A stretch of 52,963 bases of DNA, counting the filler, from Spirochaetales bacterium (GTDB lineage: Bacteria; Spirochaetota; Spirochaetia; Treponematales; UBA12059): assembly GCA_016928955.1 (NCBI GenBank). It is 2 parts of 2 records of this genome, joined end to end, with 100 filler letters (N's around TTAATTAATTAA, not from the genome) between each part and the next. Parts side by side here need not be neighbours in the genome. Positions count along the whole stretch, not along the records: positions 1 to 27,861 come from JAFGJV010000003.1; 1 more part is not named here. One strand, given 5' to 3'. Under the pieces are notes generated by a model. The model was not told where the DNA came from. It made no database searches and saw nothing but the letters and a program-made list of their open reading frames with translations. Made by a program: the position numbers and the translations under genes. This document shows positions 10,278 through 19,742 of this stretch, one piece after another (positions within the stretch are counted from its first letter, which is position 1; each line of letters begins with the position of its first letter).

Positions 10278-10352
10278 TGGTCGACCTCCTTCACGCCGCT
10301 CGTCGTAATCTCAAGGTACTGACCCCGCCCGCCGCGCGGCCAGCCTTTTCCC

Positions 10353-10381
10353 TTGACAGGCGCAAAGGAGCGGGCTACGAT
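10353..10381 (+). promoter_or_regulatory. Sigma70-type promoter of the rib operon
   Basis: TTGACA-N17-TACGAT; the predicted start site coincides with riboswitch P1. Confidence 0.8.
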
Positions 10382-10387
10382 GCCCGC

Positions 10388-10528
10388 GATCTTTGGGGCG
10401 GGGTGAGGCCCGGGTCTCTGACCTGGGCGTATTCCCCACCGGCGGTGACAGCCCGCGACTCCGTCCACCAGACGGACTGAACCGGTGTGATTCCGGTGCC
10501 GACGGTACAGTCCGGAAGGGAAAAGATC
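10388..10528 (+). ncRNA. FMN riboswitch (RFN element), variant with an inserted hairpin
   Basis: P1 GATCTTT/AAAGATC; GGGCGGGGTGA...ATTCCCCACCGGCGGT, AGCCCGCGA, CCGGTGTGATTCCGG, CCGACGGTACAGTCCGGAAGGGAA; lies upstream of rib genes. Confidence 0.95.
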
Positions 10529-10611
10529 GAATGCGCTGGTCTCACCCGGCGACGCCGTAGCGTCACGCGGGCGCCTGGGCGCATGCCGACATCCTGGCGC
10601 ATAGTCGCCGT

Positions 10612-10672
10612 AAGCCCCGAATCGTCTTCCGCCGCCCCAGCGCGGCCACAGACGCTTCGGGGCTTTCTTTTT
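10612..10672 (+). terminator. Probable riboswitch expression-platform terminator
   Basis: AAGCCCCGAA...TTCGGGGCTT stem followed by TCTTTTT, between the aptamer and ribD. Confidence 0.6.
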
Positions 10673-10735
10673 CCCCGCCGCCGACCCTGCCCCACAGTCC
10701 GGCTGCCCGCTCTGCGCGGGCGGAAAGGATGAAGC

Positions 10736-11896
10736 ATGGATGATGAAGGAACGCTCGACAGGGCTTGGATGGCCCATGCCCTGGACCTGGCGGTCACGTG
10801 GGCTGGACGCACGGCCCCCAATCCACCGGTGGGCGCCGTATTGGTCAAGCGGGGCGCGGTCATAGGGCGGGGCGTGCACAAGGGGCCAGGAACGGCCCAT
10901 GCTGAAATCGTGGCCATGGACGACGCTCGTGCTTCCGGCCACGATCCGGCAGGGTCCACGCTGTACGTGACGCTCGAGCCCTGCTGCCACGAAGGGGGCG
11001 GCAAGCGGACGCCACCCTGCGTGCCGAGGATCATAGCCGCTGGCATAAGCAGGGTCAGGGCCGGCAGCATAGACCCTCATCCCCGAGTGTCAGGCAAGGG
11101 CATGGCCGCCCTCGCGGCCGCGGGGATTGACGCCGCGCTGGGCCCGCTTGAACGCCGGGCCGCGGAACTGCTTGCCCCGTTCTCGGTGTGGACTCGCCTG
11201 TCGCGGCCGTTTGTCACCCTGAAGTGGGCCCAGACCCTGGACGGCAGGGCTGCAGCGGCCGACGGCCTGTCCCGCTGGATCAGCGGGCCTGAGTCCAGGG
11301 CCATGGCCCACCGCCAGCGCTCGGAGGCCGACGCCGTGGCCGTTGGCGCGGGCACGCTCCTTGCCGACGACCCCGAACTCAGCGCCAGGGACCACGACGG
11401 AGCGCTCTTACCAAAACAGCCGGCGCGCATGGTATTCGTCGGCAAGCGCCCCGTGCCGGACGCGCCCCGCCTGTCATGGTCGCCGGGCGGCCCCGCCTGG
11501 CTGGTCGGCCCACCGGAGTCCGGCATCAAGGACCTGGCCAAGCGCGTGACCGGCGGCCGCTGTATCGAGTGGGACGGCCGGGATTTCGGGGCCTTGGGCC
11601 AGGCCCTGATGGCGCGGGGTTTTTACAGCGTGCTCATTGAAGGCGGGCCGACCCTGTTAGCGTCGTTCCTGAAGGCCGGTATGTGGGACCAGCTGTCCGT
11701 GTTCGTGGCTCCCAGCATACTCGGTTCCGGAACGCCCGTTCCCGGCGACCTGGGCTGCCCGACCCTGGCGGACGCGCTCCGGCTGGACGGCGCCGCCTGG
11801 GAAACGGTGGGGCCGGATATCCACGCCCGCGCGTGGAACACGCGTGCGCATCCCTGGGCGGCCGACGGAGGGAGGGATCCATGTTCACCGGACTGA
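10736..11896 (+). CDS. ribD: Bifunctional riboflavin deaminase/reductase
   Basis: PNPPVG, HAE, TLEPCCH..TPPC, KWAQTLDG, IEGG. Confidence 0.96.
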   Translation: MDDEGTLDRAWMAHALDLAVTWAGRTAPNPPVGAVLVKRGAVIGRGVHKGPGTAHAEIVAMDDARASGHDPAGSTLYVTLEPCCHEGGGKRTPPCVPRIIAAGISRVRAGSIDPHPRVSGKGMAALAAAGIDAALGPLERRAAELLAPFSVWTRLSRPFVTLKWAQTLDGRAAAADGLSRWISGPESRAMAHRQRSEADAVAVGAGTLLADDPELSARDHDGALLPKQPARMVFVGKRPVPDAPRLSWSPGGPAWLVGPPESGIKDLAKRVTGGRCIEWDGRDFGALGQALMARGFYSVLIEGGPTLLASFLKAGMWDQLSVFVAPSILGSGTPVPGDLGCPTLADALRLDGAAWETVGPDIHARAWNTRAHPWAADGGRDPCSPD

Positions 11897-12537
11897 TAGA
11901 AGCGACGGGAAGGGTGAGCTCGGTCGCCGGAATCGGCGCAGGCGTGCGCGTCGCCATAGAAGCAGGGACCCTTGGCGGCAGCCTGAGCCTGGGCGATTCG
12001 GTGGCCGTGAACGGGGTGTGCCAGACCGTGGTGGCAGTGGACGGGCCGCGCTTTTCCGTGGACGCGGTGGGCGACACGCTGACCAAGACGACGCTCGGCA
12101 AGCTGGCGCCCGGCAACCTGGTCAACCTGGAGCGAGCCAGGCGGCTGGATAACAGGCTGGACGGCCACATCGTGCTTGGGCACGTGAACGGCGTGGGGCG
12201 CGTCGTCCGCAAGGCAGCCGCGGGTTCCGGCTACGCGCTGGTGATCGAGTGCCCGCCCGAGCTCTGCCGCTACCTGGTGGCCGAGGGCTCGGTGGCCGTG
12301 GACGGCATCAGCCTGACCATAGCAGAGCGCACGGGCAGGAACATCAGGATCAGCGTCATACCGCACACCGCGAGCGCCACCACGCTGGCCAGGGCGGCCG
12401 CGGGCGACAGGGTCAACCTCGAGGTGGATATCCTGGCCAAGTACGTGGAGAGCATCCTGGCCTGTGGCCACGGCGGACCCGCCGGCGACCTGCCTCCGAT
12501 CACGGAGGAAAATCTACTGTCATGGGGGTACCGATGA
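11881..12537 (+). CDS. ribE: Riboflavin synthase alpha chain
   Basis: MFTGLIE N-terminus, [16 protein letters not shown] repeated. Confidence 0.97.
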   Translation: MFTGLIEATGRVSSVAGIGAGVRVAIEAGTLGGSLSLGDSVAVNGVCQTVVAVDGPRFSVDAVGDTLTKTTLGKLAPGNLVNLERARRLDNRLDGHIVLGHVNGVGRVVRKAAAGSGYALVIECPPELCRYLVAEGSVAVDGISLTIAERTGRNIRISVIPHTASATTLARAAAGDRVNLEVDILAKYVESILACGHGGPAGDLPPITEENLLSWGYR

Positions 12538-13787
12538 TGGAACGCGAATCGCGTCTGTCGACGATAGAGCGGGCTCTGGATGCCCTGCGGAACGGCGGCA
12601 TGGTCATTGTGGTGGACGACGAGAACCGCGAGAACGAGGGCGACTTTGTGCTGGCGGCGCGCTTCGCCACGCCGGAGGCCGTGAACTTTCTGGCGGCACA
12701 GGGTAGGGGCCTCATTTGCGTGGCCATGGACGCCGCCTGGGCCGGCCGGCTTGACCTGCGTGTCCGTCCTACGGACGGCCGGAGCGCCCTGCACGACACG
12801 GCCTTTGCCGACAGCGTGGACTACGCCCGGGGCACGACCACGGGCATATCGGCATCCGACCGCTCGGCGACCATACGCGCCCTGGCCGACCCGGCGTCTG
12901 GGGCGGATGATTTTGCGCGGCCGGGCCACTGCTTCCCGCTCGTCGCGCGGGAGGGCGGGGTGCTGGCGCGGCGCGGCCACACGGAGGCCACGGTGGACCT
13001 GTGCGCGGCGGCCGGGCTGGAACCAGTGGGCGCCCTGTGCGAAATACTCAGGCCGGACGGGTCCATGGCCCGACTGCCCGACCTTGTCGCCCTGGCCCGT
13101 GACCTGGACATGCCCATAGTCAGCGTGGCCGACCTCGTGGCCTGGCGCCGCTCCCGCGAGCGTCTCATAACGGCGGAACGCTCGGTATTCCTGCCCACGG
13201 AGCACGGGAACTTCCGGCTGACCTTTTTTGACGGCCCCTTCTCGCGCGGGCCCCTTGCGCTCCGCCCCGCGGCCGCGTGCGCGAACGGTCCGGACGGATC
13301 CCAGGCGGGCGTTAGCCGCCCGGCGAAGGTCCCGCTTGTGCGCGTGCATTCCGAGTGCCTGACCGGCGACGTGTTCGGGAGCAGGCGCTGCGACTGCGGC
13401 CCCCAGCTCGTCGCGGCCATGGACATGGTGGCCCGGGAGGGCGACGGTGCGGTCATCTATCTCAGGCAGGAAGGCCGGGGCATAGGACTCCACGCCAAGA
13501 TCAAGGCCTACGCGCTTCAGGACGACGGCATGGACACCTGGGACGCAAACACGGCCCTGGGCTTTCCTCCGGACGCCCGCGACTACTGGGAGGCGGCGCA
13601 CATCATACGGCATTTTGGCTGGACGGCCGTGCGGCTCCTCACGAATAACCCGGACAAAGCCCGAAGCCTTGCGGCCTACGGCATCACCGTGACCGAACTC
13701 GTTCCCCTGCATGTGGGCGCGTGCGAGCACAACAAACACTACCTGGAAACAAAACGTGTACGCTTTGGCCACCTGGCGGAGCGCTGA
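12534..13787 (+). CDS. ribBA: DHBP synthase / GTP cyclohydrolase II
   Basis: [45 protein letters not shown]. Confidence 0.97.
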   Translation: MMERESRLSTIERALDALRNGGMVIVVDDENRENEGDFVLAARFATPEAVNFLAAQGRGLICVAMDAAWAGRLDLRVRPTDGRSALHDTAFADSVDYARGTTTGISASDRSATIRALADPASGADDFARPGHCFPLVAREGGVLARRGHTEATVDLCAAAGLEPVGALCEILRPDGSMARLPDLVALARDLDMPIVSVADLVAWRRSRERLITAERSVFLPTEHGNFRLTFFDGPFSRGPLALRPAAACANGPDGSQAGVSRPAKVPLVRVHSECLTGDVFGSRRCDCGPQLVAAMDMVAREGDGAVIYLRQEGRGIGLHAKIKAYALQDDGMDTWDANTALGFPPDARDYWEAAHIIRHFGWTAVRLLTNNPDKARSLAAYGITVTELVPLHVGACEHNKHYLETKRVRFGHLAER

Positions 13788-13842
13788 AACAGAGCGAGCC
13801 GCGCGGGCGGGATCCCGGGCGTGACGACGAGAGGAGACAGGC

Positions 13843-14307
13843 ATGAATAGTATTGAAGGCAGGTTTGACGGAGCCGGAAAGCGCTTTGCGCTGGTGGCGT
13901 CCAGGTTCAACGAGCTGGTGGTCAGTAAGCTGATAGAGGGCGCGGAAGACGCCCTCCTGCGCCACGGCGTGTCCCCGGATGCCCTGACGCTGGTGCGTGT
14001 GCCCGGCGCTTTCGAACTGCCCCTGGTCGCCGGCAAGCTGGCCGCGGGCGGGGCATACGACGCCGTTCTGGCCCTGGGCGCCGTGATCCGGGGATCCACG
14101 CCGCACTTTGATTACGTGGCGTCCGAGGTGTCCAAGGGCGTGGCCCAGGAAAGCCTGCGCTCGGGCGTGCCCATCGTGTTCGGAGTGCTCACCACCGACA
14201 CCATGGAGCAGGCCCTTGAACGGGCTGGCGTCAAGCTCGGCAATAAAGGCTGGGACGCTGCCATGGCGGCGCTCGAGGTAGCTGACCTCATGCGGCGCCT
14301 GGAATGA
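13843..14307 (+). CDS. ribH: 6,7-dimethyl-8-ribityllumazine synthase
   Basis: SRFN, VPGAFELP, VIRGSTPHFDYV, FGVLTTD, GNKG. Confidence 0.97.
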   Translation: MNSIEGRFDGAGKRFALVASRFNELVVSKLIEGAEDALLRHGVSPDALTLVRVPGAFELPLVAGKLAAGGAYDAVLALGAVIRGSTPHFDYVASEVSKGVAQESLRSGVPIVFGVLTTDTMEQALERAGVKLGNKGWDAAMAALEVADLMRRLE

Positions 14308-14324
14308 CAGAAACGCTACCGCGC

Positions 14325-14353
14325 TTGACAGCTCCGCGGCCGGGCGCTAGAGT
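14325..14353 (+). promoter_or_regulatory. Sigma70-type promoter of the CDF gene
   Basis: TTGACA-N17-TAGAGT. Confidence 0.7.
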
Positions 14354-14407
14354 CGCCAGATGATCGGGCGGCCGTGGCTTTCTGGCCCCTGGCGCAGGGC
14401 GGAGGAG

Positions 14408-14443
14408 GACCCCGCGGGACGGATACCCCGCGGGTCTTTTTTT
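14408..14443 (+). terminator. Terminator-like hairpin directly before the CDF ribosome-binding site
   Basis: GACCCCGCGGG...CCCGCGGGTC followed by T7, then AAGGAGG. Confidence 0.65.
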
Positions 14444-14455
14444 AAGGAGGCGCGG

Positions 14456-15403
14456 ATGGACGAACGCGGCACAAAGATCATGCGGGCCTCCCTGGTGGCC
14501 CTGGTCGGGAACGGGGTGCTTGCGGCCGGAAAAATTGCCGCGGGCTTGCTGGCAGGCAGCCTGGCTGTCACCGGCGACGGCATAGACTCGTCCACCGACG
14601 TCATCATATCCCTCATAGCCCTGGTGACGGCGGCCGTGGCGGCAAAGCCGTCGGACCGTGAGCATCCCTACGGGCACGGCAGGGCAGAGACCCTGGCCAC
14701 CACGGTGCTGGCTTTCATTATCATGTTCGCGGCCGTGCAGCTGTTCGTCACGGCGCTCAGGCAGCTGGCGTCCGGCCAGGAGCGGGCCTTGCCGTCGCCG
14801 CTGGCCGTATGGGTTACCCTGGCGTCTATACTCGGCAAACTTTTCCTGGCCAGACACCAGTCCAGGGCCGGCCGGACGCTCGACTCGTCCATGCTACGAG
14901 CCAACGGCCGCAACATGAGGAACGACGTGATCATGTCGGCTGGCGTGCTGGTTGGTCTGTTCGGAACCTTTGTGCTCAAGCTGCCCGTGCTTGACCCCAT
15001 CGTTGCCCTGGCCGTGTGCCTGTGGGTGGCCAAGAGCGCCCTGGGCATATTTCGCGAGGTCAACATGGAGCTCATGGACGGTTCGGACGACGAGGGCGCC
15101 TACCGCGCCGTCTTTGACGCCGTGCGCGCCGTGCCGGGGGCGGGCAATCCCCACCGTACCAGGGTCAGGCGCATGGCCAACCGCCTGGTCGTCGACCTGG
15201 ACATAGAAGTGGATCCCCTCATGACCGTCCTTGACGCCCACGGCATAGCCATGGCCGTGGAGCGCGCCATCAAAGACCGGCTTGCCAACGTGTATGACGT
15301 GATGGTCCACGTGGAACCCGAGGGCGTACACGAGTCCGGAGAAAAATTCGGCCTGTGCGAGCGCGATCTTGGCGGCGGCTCTGACGACGCGCCAACAGCA
15401 TAG
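14456..15403 (+). CDS. Cation diffusion facilitator (FieF/MamM-like) transporter
   Basis: DGIDSSTD, PSDREHPYGHGRAE, C-terminal DVMVHVEP; multiple TMs. Confidence 0.93.
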   Translation: MDERGTKIMRASLVALVGNGVLAAGKIAAGLLAGSLAVTGDGIDSSTDVIISLIALVTAAVAAKPSDREHPYGHGRAETLATTVLAFIIMFAAVQLFVTALRQLASGQERALPSPLAVWVTLASILGKLFLARHQSRAGRTLDSSMLRANGRNMRNDVIMSAGVLVGLFGTFVLKLPVLDPIVALAVCLWVAKSALGIFREVNMELMDGSDDEGAYRAVFDAVRAVPGAGNPHRTRVRRMANRLVVDLDIEVDPLMTVLDAHGIAMAVERAIKDRLANVYDVMVHVEPEGVHESGEKFGLCERDLGGGSDDAPTA

Positions 15404-15445
15404 GGCGGACCAGGAATCTGTCAACGATTCCTCGGTCCGTTCTTT
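15403..15445 (+). terminator. Hairpin after the CDF stop codon
   Basis: GGCGGACC-AGGAATC...GATTCCT-C-GGTCCGTT followed by CTTT. Confidence 0.55.
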
Positions 15446-15520
15446 CGCCTGGCGACTCACTGTGTCTCGGTGCCTCTGTGGCGATCCTTTTTTAGTTGCC
15501 CCTCGGATGGCAGATATGCA

Positions 15521-16978
15521 TCAAAGCTTCGATACACCAGGGTGGGGCAGGTATGCCTGCCCGGCGACTGGCAGGCTGTCCGGCAAATCCCGCTCCTCCA
15601 TGGACGACAGGAGCTCGGCGCTCAGGGTGGGATAGGCGGCAAGCCGGTCGGCCTGGTTTTCCAGGGCTTTCTCGAACAGGTTGCGCGCCAGCCTTGCGTT
15701 TCCAAAGTGGGCGTCCCTTCCGGCCCAGGCCGCCTGGAGGTAGACGCGGAGTTTGCCCAAAGCCCCGTCGGTCAGGTACATGCCCGCCTCTCCAACAAAG
15801 CGCAGGAAGATGGTTTCCAGCTCCACCGGGCTGAAGTCCTCAAAAAAGAAGCGGCGACCAAAGCGGCTTGCCAGGCCCGGGTTGGAATTCAGGAAGCGGT
15901 CCATCTCCGCCGGGTAGCCGGCCACGATGACCACCAGCCGGTCGCGGTGGTCTTCCATGCGCTTGAGCAAGGTGTCCACGGCTTCCTGGCCAAAATCGTT
16001 GCCGCCGCCTTCCGGTATCAGGGTGTACGCTTCGTCGATAAAGAGGACGCCGTCCAGCGCGGCCGACACTGCTTCGTCCACCTTCATGGCTGTCTGTCCC
16101 ACAAAGCCGGCCACCAGGCCAGAGCGGTCGGTTTCCACCAGGTGCCCGGAGCGCAAGAAACCCTGCGCGGCGAAGATGCGGCCAAGGAGGCGGGCAACCG
16201 TGGTCTTGCCGGTACCCGGCCGCCCGGTGAACACCGAATGAAGGCTGATGGGCGGCACCTTCATGCCCAGATCCGCTCGTTTTTGATGGACGCGCATCAG
16301 GTTGGACAGGGTGCGCACCTGCTCCTTGATGGCGTCCATGCCCGTAAGACCCTCAAGCGCGGCCAGCGCGTCCTTGAGCTCGGTCTCAGGATCTGAGGCA
16401 TTCCTGGCTGTCTGCCCGGCGGGCGCCTCTGATGCTCGCGCCTTGCCGCTGCCCGTTTGGCGCGCGGCAGCCCCGGGGTCCATGATCTTGCGGTTCAGGT
16501 CCTTGAGAAAGGCTTCCGCTCCAGGGGGGAGGCCGCCGGCAGTGAGGAAGATGTCGGCCCACTGCATCAAGGCCTCAGCGGCTGCCAGAAAGCGCGTCTG
16601 GCCGGATGCCTGGTCGCGCTCGCGCAACCTTGCCAGGCCGCCGCCCCAGGCAGCGATACGTTGTGCCCGCAGGCGCCTTTCAACGTCGGATCGCCATGCC
16701 AGAAGCTCGTCGCGGTCCTGGGACGACAGGTACTCCACGCGGAAGTAGCGCTTCATGCCGTCCGGCCCCGGGCCGTCCCGGCCCATGAACGGAAGAAAGG
16801 ACAGGGCGGCAAACACGGCCCTGTCGGGTTCTGACAGACCCACCAGGTCGTAGCAGTCGGCGGCCAGGGCCCAGGCGTCGGGCAGAAGGATGTCCAAATC
16901 GGGAACCAGCGCTTCCATGAGGCGTCTGGCTCCCGCCACCAGGGTGGCGCCGGGAAGGCCTGTAGGTGTACCACTCAT
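15521..16978 (-). CDS. CbbX/SpoVK/EccA-family AAA+ ATPase with unknown N-terminal domain
   Basis: [53 protein letters not shown]. Confidence 0.9.
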   Translation of the reverse strand: MSGTPTGLPGATLVAGARRLMEALVPDLDILLPDAWALAADCYDLVGLSEPDRAVFAALSFLPFMGRDGPGPDGMKRYFRVEYLSSQDRDELLAWRSDVERRLRAQRIAAWGGGLARLRERDQASGQTRFLAAAEALMQWADIFLTAGGLPPGAEAFLKDLNRKIMDPGAAARQTGSGKARASEAPAGQTARNASDPETELKDALAALEGLTGMDAIKEQVRTLSNLMRVHQKRADLGMKVPPISLHSVFTGRPGTGKTTVARLLGRIFAAQGFLRSGHLVETDRSGLVAGFVGQTAMKVDEAVSAALDGVLFIDEAYTLIPEGGGNDFGQEAVDTLLKRMEDHRDRLVVIVAGYPAEMDRFLNSNPGLASRFGRRFFFEDFSPVELETIFLRFVGEAGMYLTDGALGKLRVYLQAAWAGRDAHFGNARLARNLFEKALENQADRLAAYPTLSAELLSSMEERDLPDSLPVAGQAYLPHPGVSKL

Positions 16979-17036
16979 GCCGCGATACTATCCGGTGGCC
17001 ATGGTCGGCGTCCAGCCCGGCCGTGGGCAAGTGTCG

Positions 17037-17915
17037 TCAAATATCTATGCCAAAGACTGCGCGGACCACCAGTCCCACCAGGAAGGAGAAGGCCGACACG
17101 CCCAGGCTGATCCCGGCCATTTCCAGGAAACGGTGCTTGAAATTCAAGTCTTTGGCCACCGCCAGGTAAAAGTTGAATCCCGCGATAATGAGGACGGCCG
17201 AAAAAAGGGTGATGCCGAGCGACACGAATATCCACGACCCGTCTCGCGGCAGGACCAGGTAGGGAAGGACCAGGATGACCACGGTCATCAGGTAGGCCGC
17301 GCCCGTGTAGATGGCCGAGCGCGCCGCCTTGGGATCTCCCTCCGCCCGTCCGGCCAGGAAGTCGGACGCCGCCATGGAAAAAGCCGCCGCTATTCCCGTG
17401 ATGATGCCGGATATGGCCACCAGGGAGCCGTTACGCACCGCAAAGGTCAGGCCGGCGAGCGTGCCGGTCAGTTCCACCAACGCGTCGTTCAGCCCAAGGA
17501 CTATGGAGCCCATGTACTCCAGTCGCTCCTCCTCGATCATGCCGAGCAGGGTTTCCTCATGGCTTTCCTCTTCCCGGCCCATGGCCTCGGCCTCGGGCAC
17601 CAGATGGGCCACAGCCGAATAGCCCTCGGACGCGTCCTCCTCGGCCCGTTCCATTAACTTGAGCGCGAAGGTCAGGCCCAGTATCCGCGCGGCGAGGTAA
17701 AAGAACTGCACGCGGGCCCGGTAGGGGGCCTCGTCCCGGCCGGACAGGCCCCGCCAGAACGCGTAGTGCTCGCGCTCGGCGGCCGCCATGTCGGCAAGCA
17801 CCTTGGCGTTGCCAGCGTCCTTGGTCACCTTGGCCAGCCTGGCGTACAGGATGGCTCCGGTGATTTCCTCGCGCTGGAAGCGCGCCACTTTTCGGGCCAA
17901 TGCTGCGTCCATCAT
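17037..17915 (-). CDS. Ferritin/rubrerythrin-like + VIT1/CCC1 iron transporter fusion
   Basis: ExxH motifs (EREH, EESH) in the N-terminal half; VLGLNDALVE and AFSMAAS in the VIT1 half. Confidence 0.9.
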   Translation of the reverse strand: MMDAALARKVARFQREEITGAILYARLAKVTKDAGNAKVLADMAAAEREHYAFWRGLSGRDEAPYRARVQFFYLAARILGLTFALKLMERAEEDASEGYSAVAHLVPEAEAMGREEESHEETLLGMIEEERLEYMGSIVLGLNDALVELTGTLAGLTFAVRNGSLVAISGIITGIAAAFSMAASDFLAGRAEGDPKAARSAIYTGAAYLMTVVILVLPYLVLPRDGSWIFVSLGITLFSAVLIIAGFNFYLAVAKDLNFKHRFLEMAGISLGVSAFSFLVGLVVRAVFGIDI

Positions 17916-19423
17916 GTGTCGACCTCTTTCCGGCGGGACCCGCCCGATGTTATGCCCAGTTTCTTCATCCTGCTTTGCAGGGTGCTCGGTTTCATGCCCA
18001 GGAGTTCCGCGGCCCCTCCCGTTCCGTACAGCCGCCCATGGGAGCGCACAAGGGCGTTTTCTATGGCCTCCCGCTGGGCGTCCGCCAAGGTGCGGGGATG
18101 GCCGCCGGCCTTTGGCGGGGGGCTGTCGGCGGGTGCCGCCTGAATACCAAGGTGGACAGGGCTGATCATGGTGCCCCTGGCCAAAATGGCCGCCCGCTCT
18201 ATTACGTTCCTGAGCTCGCGGACATTGCCAGGCCAGCTCAGGGTATCCAGGATGGCCGCCGCATTGGCGTCCATGGCCACCGAGCCAAATCCCGGCCGCT
18301 TCTGTATCTCGGACAGGAAGAGCTCGGCCAACAGCAGGGCGTCGCCCGGTCGTTCCCGCAGGGGCGGAAGCCGTACCGGAAAAACGCCCAGGCGGTAATA
18401 CAGGTCTTCCCTGAAGCGCCCGGACCTGACCGCGGCTTCAAGGTCCACGTGCGTGGCCGCCACGATGCGAACGTTGACACGGACCGTGCGTTCGCCCCCG
18501 AGTCGCTCCAGACTGCCTTCCTGGAGTACCCGCAAGAGCTTGGGCTGAAGCTCAAGCGGCAGGTCCCCTATCTCGTCAAGAAAGAGCGTGCCCCCGTCGG
18601 CCAGCTCGAAGCGTCCCCTGCGCTGTCCTGACGCCCCGGTAAAGGAGCCGCGCTCGTGGCCAAAGAGCTCGCTCTCTGCCAGGCTGGGAGCCAAAGCGGA
18701 GCAGTTGAGGGCTACGAACGGGCCGCCTGCCCTGGCGGACAGGCGGTGCACGCTGCGTGCCGCCAGTTCCTTGCCCGTGCCCGTCTCGCCCAGGATGAGT
18801 ACCGGCACGTCGGCGTCGGCAGCCAGCCTGAGGCTTTCAACCGCCCGTATCCATGCCGCCGACGAGCCCACAAGTCCGGCTATCGGCTCATAGCCGGGCG
18901 TAAGCAGGGCGTTCCGTTGGCGTACCAGGTCTGCGTTCGTGATCTGGAGCTTGGCCCGCTCGTCGGACTGGGCAACGCTGAGCGATATGAGTGTGGCCAT
19001 TGAGCCTATGAACCTGACCAGGCCTGGCGTAAAGCGGCCGCAGCTCCGGTGGTCCAGGGTAAGAAGGCCTATGCGCGTGCCTGCCACTGACAGGGGCGCC
19101 ACCAGGCACGAGTGGCCGTGGGGCAGGTCTATAATCCCCTCGTAGGTGTCTACATGGTCCTCGTCCTCGGAAAAGAGGTGCGGTTCGCCGCGTTCGAGGA
19201 TACTGGCCAGGTCGCCGCGGTCGCGGAGGTTGATGGAGTATCTGGAAAGTCGCTCGTTGGCCAGGGGGCCGGCAGCCTTGCGCACGGAAAGTATGTTCCT
19301 GCCGTCCAAGCCCAGCACCACGGCCAGCTCGTATTCGATCAGGTCGCCAAGGGCAGACAGGATCAGTTCGAGGATGCGTTCAGGCTCCAGCGTATCCACC
19401 GGTATTTCGGTGTTCACCGACAT
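17912..19423 (-). CDS. GAF-domain sigma54-dependent activator (NorR/FhlA-like)
   Basis: GETGTGKE, ESELFGHERGSFTGA, LFLDEIG, WPGNVREL, Fis-type HTH; GAF motifs DTYEG..HSC..LTLD. Confidence 0.92.
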   Translation of the reverse strand: MSVNTEIPVDTLEPERILELILSALGDLIEYELAVVLGLDGRNILSVRKAAGPLANERLSRYSINLRDRGDLASILERGEPHLFSEDEDHVDTYEGIIDLPHGHSCLVAPLSVAGTRIGLLTLDHRSCGRFTPGLVRFIGSMATLISLSVAQSDERAKLQITNADLVRQRNALLTPGYEPIAGLVGSSAAWIRAVESLRLAADADVPVLILGETGTGKELAARSVHRLSARAGGPFVALNCSALAPSLAESELFGHERGSFTGASGQRRGRFELADGGTLFLDEIGDLPLELQPKLLRVLQEGSLERLGGERTVRVNVRIVAATHVDLEAAVRSGRFREDLYYRLGVFPVRLPPLRERPGDALLLAELFLSEIQKRPGFGSVAMDANAAAILDTLSWPGNVRELRNVIERAAILARGTMISPVHLGIQAAPADSPPPKAGGHPRTLADAQREAIENALVRSHGRLYGTGGAAELLGMKPSTLQSRMKKLGITSGGSRRKEVDT

Positions 19424-19450
19424 ATCGCTGAGAATACCGAACTATCGGTG
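19397..19450. promoter_or_regulatory. Three tandem palindromic boxes CACCGA-N4-TCGGTG (putative enhancer/operator)
   Basis: CACCGGtattTCGGTG at 19397, CACCGAcataTCGCTG at 19415, TACCGAactaTCGGTG at 19435; one mismatch each. Confidence 0.75.
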
Positions 19451-19459
19451 AGTTGGCAA
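19431..19459 (-). promoter_or_regulatory. Sigma70-type promoter of the activator, probably leaderless
   Basis: Minus strand reads TTGCCA-N17-TATTCT-N7-ATG with no Shine-Dalgarno. Confidence 0.65.
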
Positions 19460-19468
19460 GCACAAACG

Positions 19469-19631
19469 AGTGTAACGAAGCTTTGATGTTCCTGAATTGT
19501 GGATGCGCGCTTGAAGGCTCTGGGATGTTGCGTACCAGGTACCATGGGTTTTCTTCCATATTGTGCTCTGATACGCTCAGTTTCCCGGTCCCTAGCGGCT
19601 CCCTGACCGGACATCAAAGCTTCGTCACACT
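19469..19631. mobile_element. Putative 163-bp MITE-like element
   Basis: 21-bp terminal inverted repeats with one mismatch (AGTGTAACGAAGCTTTGATGT / ACATCAAAGCTTCGTCACACT). Solo copies of the end occur at 15519 and 20546. Confidence 0.6.
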
Positions 19632-19675
19632 ATAAAAATACCATTCCCATCTATTTTTGCACAAATTAACCAGAT

Positions 19676-19691
19676 TGGCACGCTATTTGCT
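19676..19691 (+). promoter_or_regulatory. Sigma54 (-24/-12) promoter of the peroxiredoxin
   Basis: TGGCAC-GCTAT-TTGCT matches the consensus; an AT-rich stretch precedes it. Confidence 0.9.
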
Positions 19692-19742
19692 CTTATATTC
19701 TCGTGCCCAGAGAGGCGCGATCATATATACAAGGAGCATTCC

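Noticed and set aside
12270..14099. Long antisense or alternate-frame ORFs (also 31422-33215, 23060-24676, 50769-52553, 5373-6683)
   Set aside because: These are shadow ORFs of well-supported genes in high-GC DNA, with no recognisable motifs.
14360..14445. Canonical NiCo, yybP-ykoY or fluoride riboswitch
   Set aside because: The conserved cores could not be matched; kept only as an unassigned leader.
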